Numbered from the stretch's first letter, positions 39,446 to 48,706 are shown. The stretch is 64,000 bases of DNA from Thermoplasmata archaeon (GCA_028864975.1 JAGWLG010000004.1:64001-128000), one strand, 5' to 3'. Made by a program: numbers and translations. The notes: generated by a model not told the origin, from the sequence alone.

Positions 39446-41173
39446 ATGCCTCGCCACCCAGCGTCTCGGCCTCCCCGTTCCCCCGAGGAGGCGCGTTGGC
39501 GAAAGGAGGTGGAGGAAAAGCTCCCTCCGGACGAGAGGTCCCGCGGAGACCCGCCCGCCCTCGGGCTTCCGGAGGAGGACGAGGCGCACCGGTACGAGGC
39601 CCATCTCGGCTTCCCCGGGCGCCCGCCCTTCACGCGCGGCGTGCAACCGACGATGTACCGGGGCCGTCTCTGGACGATGAGGCAGTACTCCGGGTTCGGG
39701 ACCGCGGAGGAGACCAACGCGCGGTTCCGCGACCTGCTCGCGCACGGTCAGACCGGCCTCTCGGTGGCCTTCGACCTCCCGACACAGATCGGTTACGACC
39801 CGGACCATCCCCGGTCGAAAGGGGAAGTGGGGCGCTGTGGCGTCTCCATCTCGACGCTGAGGGACATGGAGTCCCTCTTCCACGACATCCCCCTCGACAA
39901 AGCCACGGTCTCGATGACCATCAACGCCACCGCGACCATCCTCCTGGGGCTCCTGGTGAACGTCGCCGAGGCCCACGGCGTGTCCCGCGCTCGACTGGGA
40001 GGGACCGTCCAGAACGATGTCCTCAAGGAGTACGCCGCCCGAGGGACCTACATCTATCCGCCCGACGCCTCGCTCCGTCTCACGGCCGACCTCATCGAGT
40101 TCACGACCCGGGAGATGCCGCAGTGGAACGGCATCAGCGTCTCGGGCTACCACATGCGCGAGGCGGGGGCGACCGCGGCCCAGGAGGTCGCGTTCACCCT
40201 CTCGGACGGTATCGCCTACGCACGGGCGGTGAAGGCACGAGGTCTCCCGGTCGATGAGTTCCTTCCTCGGGTCTCCTTCTTCTTCTCGGCCGACCGGAAC
40301 TTCCTCGAAGAGGTGGCCAAGTTCCGCGCGGCCCGTCGTCTCTGGTCACGCCTCACGAGCGAGGCCCTCGGCGCCAAGAGCTCCCGGGCCCGGGAGCTGA
40401 GGTTCCACACGCAGACCGCGGGCTCCTCGCTCACGGCCCAGCAGCCCGAGCTCAATGTGGTCCGGACGACCTTGGAGGCGCTCTCCGCGGTGCTGGGGGG
40501 CACGCAGTCCTTGCACACGAACGCGATGGACGAGGCGCTGGGTCTCCCGACCCCCGAGTCCGCGCGTCTTGCGCTCCGGACGCAGCAGATCCTCGCCGAG
40601 GAAAGCGGGGTCCCCAACACCGTCGATCCGCTGGGAGGGGCGTGGGCCATCGAGGACTTGACGGACCGCATCGAGGAGGACGCCCAGAGATACCTCGACC
40701 AGATCGAGGAGATGGGCGGGGCGAGCGTCGCCGTCGCCCGAGGGTTCTACCAGAAGGAGATCGGCCGGGAGGCCTACCTGCGCGCTCGGTCACTGGAAGA
40801 GCGCGCTGCCCATGTCGTCGGGGTCAATGTCCATGCCGAAGGGAACTCCGCCTTCGACCTCTTCCCGGGCAAGGGGAAGGGAACGGGAAAGGGCACAGGG
40901 AAGCGCACGCCGGCGGGCACGGCAGGGCCGAGAGGACAGCGCATCTCCCCCGAGCTCGAGCGAAAGGCGGTTCGTGCCGTGGTCGCATGGAGGAAAGCGC
41001 GCAGGGCCCCCGACACCGAAAGGGCCATCTCTTCCCTGCGCAAGGCGACCGAAGAGGGTCGGAACGTGATGCCCCAGGTCATCGAGGCCCTCAAGAAGGG
41101 CACGACGTTGGGGGAGATCGCCGGCCTCTGGCGAGAGATATTCGGCGAGCACCATCCCTCGCGCGAGTACTGA
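39446..41173 (+). CDS. Methylmalonyl-CoA mutase, substrate-binding large subunit (split type)
   Basis: PFTRGVQPTMY, WTMRQYSGFG, GLSVAFDLPT, ISVSGYHMREAG, SLHTNAMDEAL; no B12-binding domain. Confidence 0.93.
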   Translation: MPRHPASRPPRSPEEARWRKEVEEKLPPDERSRGDPPALGLPEEDEAHRYEAHLGFPGRPPFTRGVQPTMYRGRLWTMRQYSGFGTAEETNARFRDLLAHGQTGLSVAFDLPTQIGYDPDHPRSKGEVGRCGVSISTLRDMESLFHDIPLDKATVSMTINATATILLGLLVNVAEAHGVSRARLGGTVQNDVLKEYAARGTYIYPPDASLRLTADLIEFTTREMPQWNGISVSGYHMREAGATAAQEVAFTLSDGIAYARAVKARGLPVDEFLPRVSFFFSADRNFLEEVAKFRAARRLWSRLTSEALGAKSSRARELRFHTQTAGSSLTAQQPELNVVRTTLEALSAVLGGTQSLHTNAMDEALGLPTPESARLALRTQQILAEESGVPNTVDPLGGAWAIEDLTDRIEEDAQRYLDQIEEMGGASVAVARGFYQKEIGREAYLRARSLEERAAHVVGVNVHAEGNSAFDLFPGKGKGTGKGTGKRTPAGTAGPRGQRISPELERKAVRAVVAWRKARRAPDTERAISSLRKATEEGRNVMPQVIEALKKGTTLGEIAGLWREIFGEHHPSREY

Positions 41174-41196
41174 GAAGAACCGGAGCGTCGAACCCC

Positions 41197-41652
41197 GTGA
41201 CCCTTGGGACCCGCGCTCAGATCTCCGAGACGGGAGCAGGGCTCCCTATCGACCATCTTGGTATCGCTGTGGTGCACCTGGAGAGCGCGGTCCCTCTGTG
41301 GGAACGCTCGCTCGGAACCCTGGCTTCCCCCGCCGAGGAGGTCCCATCGCAGAAGGTCCGTGTCCGATTCCTGACGGTGGGCGAGAGCCACTTGGAGCTC
41401 CTCGAGCCAACCTCTCCGGAGGCCACGATCGCCAAGTTCCTGGAGAAGCGAGGCGAGGGGCTCCACCACATCGCCTTCCAGGTCTCGGACCTTCGCGCGA
41501 AGCTCTCCGAGCTCTCGAAGGCGGGGGTCCGTCTCATCGACGAGGCCCCGCGGCAGGGGGCTCGGGGCCGTTGGGTCGCGTTCGCGCATCCTTCTTCCTT
41601 TGGTGGGGTCCTGACCGAGTTCGTGTCGGACCGACCGGGGGGCGGCGCATGA
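41197..41652 (+). CDS. mce: Methylmalonyl-CoA epimerase
   Basis: IDHLGIAV, LELLEP, GEGLHHIAF, FAHP...GVLTEF; follows mutase. Confidence 0.92.
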   Translation: MTLGTRAQISETGAGLPIDHLGIAVVHLESAVPLWERSLGTLASPAEEVPSQKVRVRFLTVGESHLELLEPTSPEATIAKFLEKRGEGLHHIAFQVSDLRAKLSELSKAGVRLIDEAPRQGARGRWVAFAHPSSFGGVLTEFVSDRPGGGA

Positions 41653-42911
41653 GCACCGCCGCGCACGCCCCGCGTTCGCCGCAGGAGCGAGCGATGGTGG
41701 TGCGGGCGCGCCTGGCGCGCGTCTTCGACTCCCGGGGCAATCCCACGGTCGAGGCGACCCTGACCTCGAGCGACGGGTCCACCGGGCGCGCGGCCTCCCC
41801 GAGCGGCGCCTCCACGGGCGCCACCGAGGTCCAAGCTTTCCCAGATGGGGGGGTCCCGGTCGCCCTCGAACGCTTCTCGCAACGCGTCGCACCACGACTC
41901 TCGGGCTTCGGTCTTGACGACCAGACGGGGTTCGACGCGCTGCTCAAGGAGATCGACGGGACGCCCGAGCTCAAGGAGATCGGGGGGAACACCGCCACCG
42001 CCCTCTCGATCGCCTACGCGCTTCTCCGCGCGAACGCGCGGGGACTCCCGTTGTGGCGTGCGGTCCCCGGGGCGCCCGACCGGCCGAAGTTCCCCGCGAT
42101 CGTGGGGAACGTGATCAACGGGGGTGCCCACGCCGTGGGGGGTCCCGAGTTCCAGGAATACATCGCGTTCTCCGAGGCCGCGGACCCCGGAGCGGCGATC
42201 GAGGCCGCGGTGGCGGTACACCGCAGTGTCGGGAAACGCCTGCGGGAGAGGTTCCCGAAGGCGGCCTTGGGGCGTGGTGACGAGGGAGGGTGGGTCGCCC
42301 CGCTCTCCAGCGTCGAGGCGCTCGAGCTCCTCGCGACCTGCTGCCAGGAGGTCAACGATGCGCGGAGGTCGAGCGGGGTCTCGGTCCGTCCCGGTCTCGA
42401 CCTGGCAGCGAGCGAGTTCTACCGCAAAGGCCGCTACGTCTACCGCGACCAGACCCTGGACCCGGATGGCCAGGTGGGGTTCATCGGGAAGCTCACGGAG
42501 AAGTACGACCTCGCCTACCTCGAGGACCCTCTGGAGGAGAGCGACTTCTCGGGTTTCGCACGGCTGACCTCCCGGGTGGGGCGCAGCGGGAGGACCCTAG
42601 TGGTGGGGGACGACCTGTACACCACCCACCCCTCCCGGCTCGAGCGCGGGATCCACGAGAAGGCGGGGAACGCCGTCCTGCTCAAAGTGAACCAGGTGGG
42701 GACCCTCACCGATACCCTCCGTTGTGTCGAGCTCGCGAAGGGGGCGCTTTGGGCGACCATCGCTTCCCACCGGTCGGGCGAGGTCCCGGACGCCTGGCTC
42801 GCCCACCTGGCCGTTGCCTTCGGGAGCCGGGGGATCAAGACCGGCGTCCTCGGCGGTGAACGCGTGGCCAAGCTTAATGAACTGACCCGACTCGCGACCT
42901 CCCCCCCATGA
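41649..42911 (+). CDS. eno: Enolase
   Basis: DSRGNPTVE, SGASTG, GDEGG, LDLAASEF, LEDP, VGDDL, LKVNQVGT, SHRSGE. Confidence 0.95.
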   Translation: MSTAAHAPRSPQERAMVVRARLARVFDSRGNPTVEATLTSSDGSTGRAASPSGASTGATEVQAFPDGGVPVALERFSQRVAPRLSGFGLDDQTGFDALLKEIDGTPELKEIGGNTATALSIAYALLRANARGLPLWRAVPGAPDRPKFPAIVGNVINGGAHAVGGPEFQEYIAFSEAADPGAAIEAAVAVHRSVGKRLRERFPKAALGRGDEGGWVAPLSSVEALELLATCCQEVNDARRSSGVSVRPGLDLAASEFYRKGRYVYRDQTLDPDGQVGFIGKLTEKYDLAYLEDPLEESDFSGFARLTSRVGRSGRTLVVGDDLYTTHPSRLERGIHEKAGNAVLLKVNQVGTLTDTLRCVELAKGALWATIASHRSGEVPDAWLAHLAVAFGSRGIKTGVLGGERVAKLNELTRLATSPP

Positions 42912-43573
42912 GCCCCGAGGAAGAGCAGGGAGAGGTCGCGGCGACGCCCATGGCGCTGCCGTCGGACCGACGCGGCGAAGGGGACCTCCTGATCCCGGAG
43001 GACACCTACCTCACGAGCGGCGTCCACATCGGGACCCAGCAGAAGTCGGCCTCGATGCGCCGGTTCATCTTCAAGATCCGCTACGACGGTCTCTACGTCC
43101 TCGACATCAAGGAGACCGACCGCCGCATCCGGCTCGCGGCGAAGTTCCTCTCCCGCTTCCCTTCGGAGAAGATCCTCGCGGTCTCCCAACGCCAGTACGG
43201 TCAGAAGCCCGTGCGGACCTTCGCGAAGCAGGTGGGCGCGATGACCCTCTCGGAGCGCTTCGTCCCTGGTTCGCTCACGAACCCCAACCTCCCGACCTTC
43301 GTCGAACCGAAGGTGCTGGTCGTTTCCGACCCGGCCACGGACATGCAGGCGCTCTCCGAGGCCCTCTCTGTTGGGATCCCCGTCGTGGGGTTCTGCGATG
43401 TCAACAACGACACGCGGTACGTCGACCTGGTGATCCCCGCGAACAACAAGGGCCGCGCTTCGCTGGCCACGCTCTACTGGCTCCTGTCCCGGGAGCTCTT
43501 GAAGGAACAGGGGAAGTCGACCGCGGAGAACCCGTTCACGCTCACGGTCGACGACTTCCAGGCCGCGCTCTGA
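42908..43573 (+). CDS. rps2: 30S ribosomal protein S2 (uS2)
   Basis: YLTSGVHIGTQQKS, RFVPGSLTNP, IPANNKG. Confidence 0.97.
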   Translation: MSPEEEQGEVAATPMALPSDRRGEGDLLIPEDTYLTSGVHIGTQQKSASMRRFIFKIRYDGLYVLDIKETDRRIRLAAKFLSRFPSEKILAVSQRQYGQKPVRTFAKQVGAMTLSERFVPGSLTNPNLPTFVEPKVLVVSDPATDMQALSEALSVGIPVVGFCDVNNDTRYVDLVIPANNKGRASLATLYWLLSRELLKEQGKSTAENPFTLTVDDFQAAL

Positions 43574-43741
43574 TCCTCCGGCTCCGTGGGAGTTGCCCGT
43601 CGTGGTTCGAGAGGGGCTGCCCTGCCCCGCCCGGGGCCAGAAAGTTGAAGGTCTGGGTATCGCGTTCCCCCCTGCGAGGTGCGGGTCCGCTGTGACGAGG
43701 GTGGCCAGGTCGGTCGTCGCCGCGATCGTTCGTCGTCGTCC

Positions 43742-45076
43742 ATGACCGCAAGCGCTGCGCCCGCTGCGGAGGCGCCCTCCCAGCTCGAGTCGCTGCTCAC
43801 GCGATTAGGGTTGTCCCCTCGGCTCGCTCGCAGCTACCTCATCGTCGCGCGGCAGGGACCGATGTCCGCCCCCGAGCTCGCGCGAATGGCCGGGACCCAC
43901 CGCGTCGCCGCGTATCGGGACGCGAAGGAGCTCATGACCCGAGGCCTCTTGACCGCCAAAGGGTCCCCTCGCCGTTTCGAAGGGGCCCCGCTGAAGCGCG
44001 CCCTCGACCTGCTCGAGCGGGAGGCTCGCGCCCAGGTGCGACATCTCAAGGACACCCGTCGAAAGATCGAGCGCCTGTGGGGTGCCGAGGAGTCCCGGCC
44101 GTGGGAGCAGGCCGAGTCCCTTCGTTTCCGCTACTTCGAGGGGCGGGAGCAGGTGGTGGAGGCGACCCGTCGGCTCTTCGGCCTTACCGTGAAGAGGATC
44201 GACGCGGTCCTGCCGCCGAACCCCCGGCACCAGGAGCTATGGACACGGATCCCGCTCGCCCAGAGCGCGCATGCCCGGGGGGTGAAGTTCCGCACGGTCG
44301 TCCAGCTATCCCGCGAGAACCTGGCCCTGGTCCGCAAGCTGGCGACCTTCACGGAGTGCCGTGACGTCCAGGGGCTCTACTCCTTCCGGTACAGCATCTT
44401 CGATGGTCGAGGGATCCTGATGGCCCTCACCGAAGACCCCGCCGGCGGCTCCCGCGGGTTCGATGCCGCCGTGTGGACCACGGCCCCCGAGGCGCTCAGG
44501 TTCTACCGGCGCCACTTCGAGATGCTCTTCTCGCAAGGTACTCCCATCGACCGGAGCCTGACCTTCTACGAGGCGATGCCCCAGATTCGTCCGGTGCTGA
44601 CCCGACCTTCCGCGGGGGCGGTCCTGGCCTCTCTGGAGGAGGTCGCGAACCGCTGGCTTTCGCTCTTCCGGGTGGCCCGGGTCCGAATGGACCTCACTCC
44701 GATCCTGCAATCGTTGGGTTACCAGGTGGGGGTCGCTCTGGGTCGGGAGCTCCCTCGCGGCAAGCTTCCTGCCGTCGTCCGTGGGCTCGACCGTCGTTTC
44801 GCACGGGAGTCCCTGGGCCATCTAGTGCTCTCAGGGCGAGGAGGGGACAGCCTCGTGCGTTGGGAGAGGTGTCCCTGCTGCTCGGGGGCTCTCGCCCAGC
44901 TCGGCAGCGAGGTCTGCCCCGCGGTGCTCCAGGGAGCCCTGCGTACGGCGGTGTCCGACCGCCTGGTGATCCGCGCTGTCGACTCCCGGCCCCCGTCTCG
45001 GGGCGTGCACATCTTGCTGGTGCGGCCGCAGGGAGCGACTGGGGTGCTTTCCAGGGAAACCGTGGGCCTCGGGTGA
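43742..45076 (+). CDS. TrmB-family transcriptional regulator with C-terminal V4R-like domain
   Basis: TrmB wHTH (LGLS...SYLIV...GPMSAPELAR...AYRDAKELMTRGL), central effector domain (RYSIFDGR), GYQVGVALG...CPCC...VCP...LQGAL V4R-like pattern. Confidence 0.78.
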   Translation: MTASAAPAAEAPSQLESLLTRLGLSPRLARSYLIVARQGPMSAPELARMAGTHRVAAYRDAKELMTRGLLTAKGSPRRFEGAPLKRALDLLEREARAQVRHLKDTRRKIERLWGAEESRPWEQAESLRFRYFEGREQVVEATRRLFGLTVKRIDAVLPPNPRHQELWTRIPLAQSAHARGVKFRTVVQLSRENLALVRKLATFTECRDVQGLYSFRYSIFDGRGILMALTEDPAGGSRGFDAAVWTTAPEALRFYRRHFEMLFSQGTPIDRSLTFYEAMPQIRPVLTRPSAGAVLASLEEVANRWLSLFRVARVRMDLTPILQSLGYQVGVALGRELPRGKLPAVVRGLDRRFARESLGHLVLSGRGGDSLVRWERCPCCSGALAQLGSEVCPAVLQGALRTAVSDRLVIRAVDSRPPSRGVHILLVRPQGATGVLSRETVGLG

Positions 45077-45321
45077 AGCCGAGGACGCCTCCTCAGGTTG
45101 GCCACCCGACTTCCCCGGGCCTTCCGATGCCGTGCCTATAGTTCGTTACAGTTGTTACAAAACCAAGCTGGGACGGGAGCGTATTTCTTACACACCTCAA
45201 GGGTAAGACACAAGGTCCATAACCCTCTGGATGTTACGTATTGGTGCGTTCCTGGAGGGGGACAGGGGATGGTCATCCAACGGTGCGGGGGTCCGCAGGC
45301 CCGCGCATCTCTGTACAAGAG

Positions 45322-46353
45322 ATGAGCGTACGGTCGCCCCCACCCCAGCCGCTCCGGTCCGAAACCGGAGAGGACGCCTGCCCGACGTGCCGGTCGGTCC
45401 ATTTGACGCGCGACGAGATGCGCGGGGAAGTGGTCTGCAGCGACTGCGGCCTAGTGCTCGACGGAGGCGCGTTCCTTTCGGACCGTGCTCCCCGCCACCG
45501 CGAGGACGACGACGGAAGGACGGCGCGCGGGTACGGCCCGGCCATCTCCAACCTGCTCCCCGACAAGGGGCTCTTCAGCGAGATCGGTTCACCCGGGCGC
45601 GACTTCCAAGGCAACCCCCTCTCCCGCCACGCTTCCCTCAAGTTCTACCACCTGCGCAAGCTCAACCACCGCCTGCGCACGGTGCGCACGCATCAGAGGA
45701 ACCTGAGCGTCGCGCTGGCTGAGATCCAACGCCTCTCGAGCGTCCTCGGGCTGTCGCGAGAGGTCAAGGAGTCGGCGACGTTCATCTACCGCAAGGCGCT
45801 CGAGCACAAGGCGACGCGGGGGAAGAAGATCGTCTCGCTCGTCGCCGCGTCGGTCTACGCGGCCTGCAGGCAATGCCGGGTCCCCCGGACGATGAAGGAG
45901 ATCATCGTCCACTCGAAGGCGAGCAAGATCGAGGTGGGCCGCGCCTTCACCCTCCTGGCCCGCGAGCTCCACCTGGGGCTGCGGCCGATCGAGCCCCGCG
46001 ACTATCTCGTGCGGTTCACCCAGGACCTGAACCTCTCGCGCGATGTGCGACAAAGGGTGCTGGAGCTCCTCGCGCAGGTGGAGAAGGTCTACTCGACGAG
46101 CGGGGTCCTGCCGAACGGGGTCCTGGCGACGATCATCTACATCGCCTGCAACTCTCTGGGCGAGCCACGGAGCCAGGACCGTATCGCGGCGGTGGCGAAC
46201 GTCACCCCCGTCACCATCCGGAACCACTACAAGGAATTCCTCGACCTCCTGGGGCTCCCCCGGCCCACCCCCAACGTCCCGGCGAGCGCGCGCGCCGTCA
46301 CGATCTCGGCCGGCAGCCAGCTCGGGGCCAACGCCCTCGGGACGGCCCACTGA
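45322..46353 (+). CDS. tfb: Transcription initiation factor IIB (TFB) paralog
   Basis: Zn ribbon CPTC...RGEVVCSDCGLV, DKGL, RNLSVALAEI, IYRKA, AASVYAACR, two cyclin repeats. Confidence 0.92.
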   Translation: MSVRSPPPQPLRSETGEDACPTCRSVHLTRDEMRGEVVCSDCGLVLDGGAFLSDRAPRHREDDDGRTARGYGPAISNLLPDKGLFSEIGSPGRDFQGNPLSRHASLKFYHLRKLNHRLRTVRTHQRNLSVALAEIQRLSSVLGLSREVKESATFIYRKALEHKATRGKKIVSLVAASVYAACRQCRVPRTMKEIIVHSKASKIEVGRAFTLLARELHLGLRPIEPRDYLVRFTQDLNLSRDVRQRVLELLAQVEKVYSTSGVLPNGVLATIIYIACNSLGEPRSQDRIAAVANVTPVTIRNHYKEFLDLLGLPRPTPNVPASARAVTISAGSQLGANALGTAH

Positions 46354-46412
46354 ACGGCGGCGGCGCAGCGTCTCCCCCAAAAGGCCTTACGGCCAGCAGT
46401 CTCCCATCGCCG

Positions 46413-47654
46413 ATGGGCACGGTTCCTCCGCTCTCCTATTCCGGGTTCTCTGCCTACGAGGAGTGCCCGCTCCGCTGGAAGTTCCGGTACATCGACAAGT
46501 TGCCGGAGCTCCCCCGCGGTTACTTCTCCTTCGGTCGGTCCATCCACTCGGCGCTCGAGGAGTTCGTCGGCCCCCTCGCGAAGGCGGCGGGCGTCGGGAT
46601 CGTCCCGGCGGGCGCGCCGGGCACGGTGCAGAGGACGCTCCGCGACTTCGACGCGAGGTCGGGGAAGGTCGAACCCGAGGAGGAGCGCACCCTCCCGCCA
46701 CCCATGCCCCTCCCGGAGCTCCTGGAGATCTATCGACGTGTGTGGGTCTCGGACGGCTACCTCTCCCCGGAGGACGAGAAGCGCTACTTCGACCTAGGCG
46801 CGGACCTCTTGCGGCGCTTCCATGCGCTCTTCTTGTCCGCGCCCCCATGCCCCATCGCCGTCGAGCAAGAGCTCGATGCGCAGCTGGACGGCATCCGCGT
46901 CCACGGCATCGTCGACCGGATCGACACGACGCCGAAGGGCGCTCTCGAGGTGTTGGATTACAAGACCTCGAAGGAGCTCTCCTGGCAGGATGCCAAGGAG
47001 TCGGACCAACTGACCCTCTACCAGGTCCTCGTGGAGCGGAACTATTCCCGCCCCGTCGAGACCCTCACCCTCTACCACATGCGCACGCTCTCGCCGCTGC
47101 GCACCCCAGCCCGCGGCCCCGACGAGGTCTCGGAGCTCGCCTCCCGCATGGGGGAGGTCTCGGACGGCATCCGGGCCGAGGTCTACGACCCGCGGCCCGG
47201 GCCGTACTGCCAGCGGTGCGACTTCCGCGCGCGCTGCCCGGAGTGGAAAGAGGTCCCCGTGGAGGAGCGTGCCAGGGTCTTCGAGCTGGTCGAGCGATAC
47301 GCCGAGCTACGCCGTCAGGGGGAAGGGCTGCGGCAGGAGATGGAGGCCGTCGCGAGCGAGCTCCACGAGATCTCGGAGCACCTGGGGGTCCACCGGCTCT
47401 CTGGACGCAGCGGGACCGTCTACCGGCACAAAGAGACCCCCTGGGTCTTCCCGCCGGAGCAGGTCCTGCCCGTCCTCCAAGCGGCCGGCCTCCTCCCCCG
47501 CACGAGCCGGGTCGACGGCGAGCAGGTCGCTCGCCTCCTGCACGACTCGAAGGTCCCCCCCGAGGTGCGGCGCACGCTCCGGGAGAAAGGCTCGCGCCGG
47601 GCCGAGTGGGCCCTCCGGTTCGAACGCAACGGCGGTCGATACCGGGACAGCTAG
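46413..47654 (+). CDS. RecB/Cas4-like PD-(D/E)XK nuclease with four-Cys Fe-S staple
   Basis: LSYSGFSAYEECPLRW, GRSIHSALE, HGIVDRID, LDYKT, QLTLY, CQRCDFRARCP. Confidence 0.88.
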   Translation: MGTVPPLSYSGFSAYEECPLRWKFRYIDKLPELPRGYFSFGRSIHSALEEFVGPLAKAAGVGIVPAGAPGTVQRTLRDFDARSGKVEPEEERTLPPPMPLPELLEIYRRVWVSDGYLSPEDEKRYFDLGADLLRRFHALFLSAPPCPIAVEQELDAQLDGIRVHGIVDRIDTTPKGALEVLDYKTSKELSWQDAKESDQLTLYQVLVERNYSRPVETLTLYHMRTLSPLRTPARGPDEVSELASRMGEVSDGIRAEVYDPRPGPYCQRCDFRARCPEWKEVPVEERARVFELVERYAELRRQGEGLRQEMEAVASELHEISEHLGVHRLSGRSGTVYRHKETPWVFPPEQVLPVLQAAGLLPRTSRVDGEQVARLLHDSKVPPEVRRTLREKGSRRAEWALRFERNGGRYRDS

Positions 47655-47954
47655 CCGGGAGCCCCGTTCTCGGGGGCCTTCTGGAGGCGGGGTTCATGGA
47701 GGTGGCTTTCGGCCACTTCGAGCATAGCGAGGAGGGCGTCCCGGCCCGCGTCGGGGGCACGGCTCCGCCGTTGGCGAAGCTCAACGAATCGGACCTCCGG
47801 GGGCTTCGTGGGCCCCTCCCCCGACGGGTTCCTGGTGGTCCCCAAACGAGGGGAGACTCCTCCACCCATCCACCGACCTTCTCGCAGCAGTCCCAACGAC
47901 CCTCGTCTACCCGGGCTGAAGGGTCCCGGGTCACCACCCAGAACGTTCAAGCAT

Positions 47955-47970
47955 TGTCATTCCATTGACA
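47955..47970 (+). promoter_or_regulatory. Inverted-repeat operator upstream of AbrB/PIN pair
   Basis: TGTCA-N6-TGACA ending 5 nt before the antitoxin ATG. Confidence 0.55.
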
Positions 47971-47975
47971 TTTCC

Positions 47976-48188
47976 ATGACGGAGTTCGACGCCACGGTCC
48001 GCAAGGTCGGCGACTCGATGGGGATCCTGATCCCGGCGAACATTCTGAAGCAACTCCACGCGCACCCGGGAACGAAGCTCCACATCGTCATCCCGCAGAA
48101 GATCGACTGGTCGGGCTTCCGGGGGGAGTTCCACTCTACGAAGTCCACCGAGGAACTGATCCGCAGGGCCCGGACGGAGCGCGATTGA
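47976..48188 (+). CDS. AbrB/MazE-type antitoxin
   Basis: ATVRKVGDSMGILIPANIL...PGTKLHIV. Confidence 0.88.
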   Translation: MTEFDATVRKVGDSMGILIPANILKQLHAHPGTKLHIVIPQKIDWSGFRGEFHSTKSTEELIRRARTERD

Positions 48189-48556
48189 GCGTCTTCCTCG
48201 ATTCGTACGCCATCCTCGAGATGGCGAGAGGCAACCCCCGGTACGACCCGATCGAAGCCGAGTCCGTGGTTACCTCCGTATGGGACCTCTTGGAGGCGTA
48301 CTACATCCTCGCCCAAGCCGGAGAGGGGGGGCTCGCGGAGCGGGCGCTCCAGAAGCTCGCCCAGGTATCGTTCGAGGTCCCGGTCGACCTCGTCCCCGAG
48401 ATCGCGAAGTTCCGTCTCGAGAGGAAGGGGACCACCGGGCGACGCTTTTCCTACGCCGACGCCGCGGGCTACGTCTTCGCACGGGACCGCGGGCTCGAGT
48501 TCGTCACGGGAGCCCACGAGTTCGAGGGGTTCCAAGGGGTTCGGTTCCTGCGCTAG
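48185..48556 (+). CDS. vapC: VapC/PIN-domain toxin
   Basis: VFLDSYAILE, LLEAY, FSYADAAGY, FVTGAHEF; TTGA overlap with antitoxin stop. Confidence 0.88.
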   Translation: MSVFLDSYAILEMARGNPRYDPIEAESVVTSVWDLLEAYYILAQAGEGGLAERALQKLAQVSFEVPVDLVPEIAKFRLERKGTTGRRFSYADAAGYVFARDRGLEFVTGAHEFEGFQGVRFLR

Positions 48557-48706
48557 ATCAGCGATCGCGAGGTCTCGGCGTCTGACGTGGGGGCCACGAG
48601 CGAGCTTTCGAGTCGGGACGGCAGGCCGCCCCTCCAAACCCCCAGCGGCCCCACCAGAACCCTATGGACCGCATGGTTGCAGTTTCTTGAACTAGTCTCA
48701 TAGGTT

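Noticed and set aside
45136-45402. Cys-rich minus-strand ORF ending WFCNNCNEL
   Set aside because: It overlaps the tfb start and its AT-rich regulatory region, so it is better explained as promoter sequence.
46413-47654. Calling the Fe-S nuclease cas4
   Set aside because: It shares the fold, but there is no cas1 or array context and it has a long C-terminal extension. Treated as a solo RecB/Cas4-like nuclease.
47651-47950. 99-aa minus-strand ORF converging on the nuclease
   Set aside because: The C-terminal half looks protein-like, but there is no clear start, RBS or motif; cannot be supported without homology.
588-47968. Many long overlapping or antisense ORFs (e.g. 588..2273-, 24181..26349-, 25113..27029+, 29840..31564+, 46043..47968+)
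   Set aside because: Arg/Gly/Pro-rich shadow frames of genuine GC-rich genes with no family motifs.
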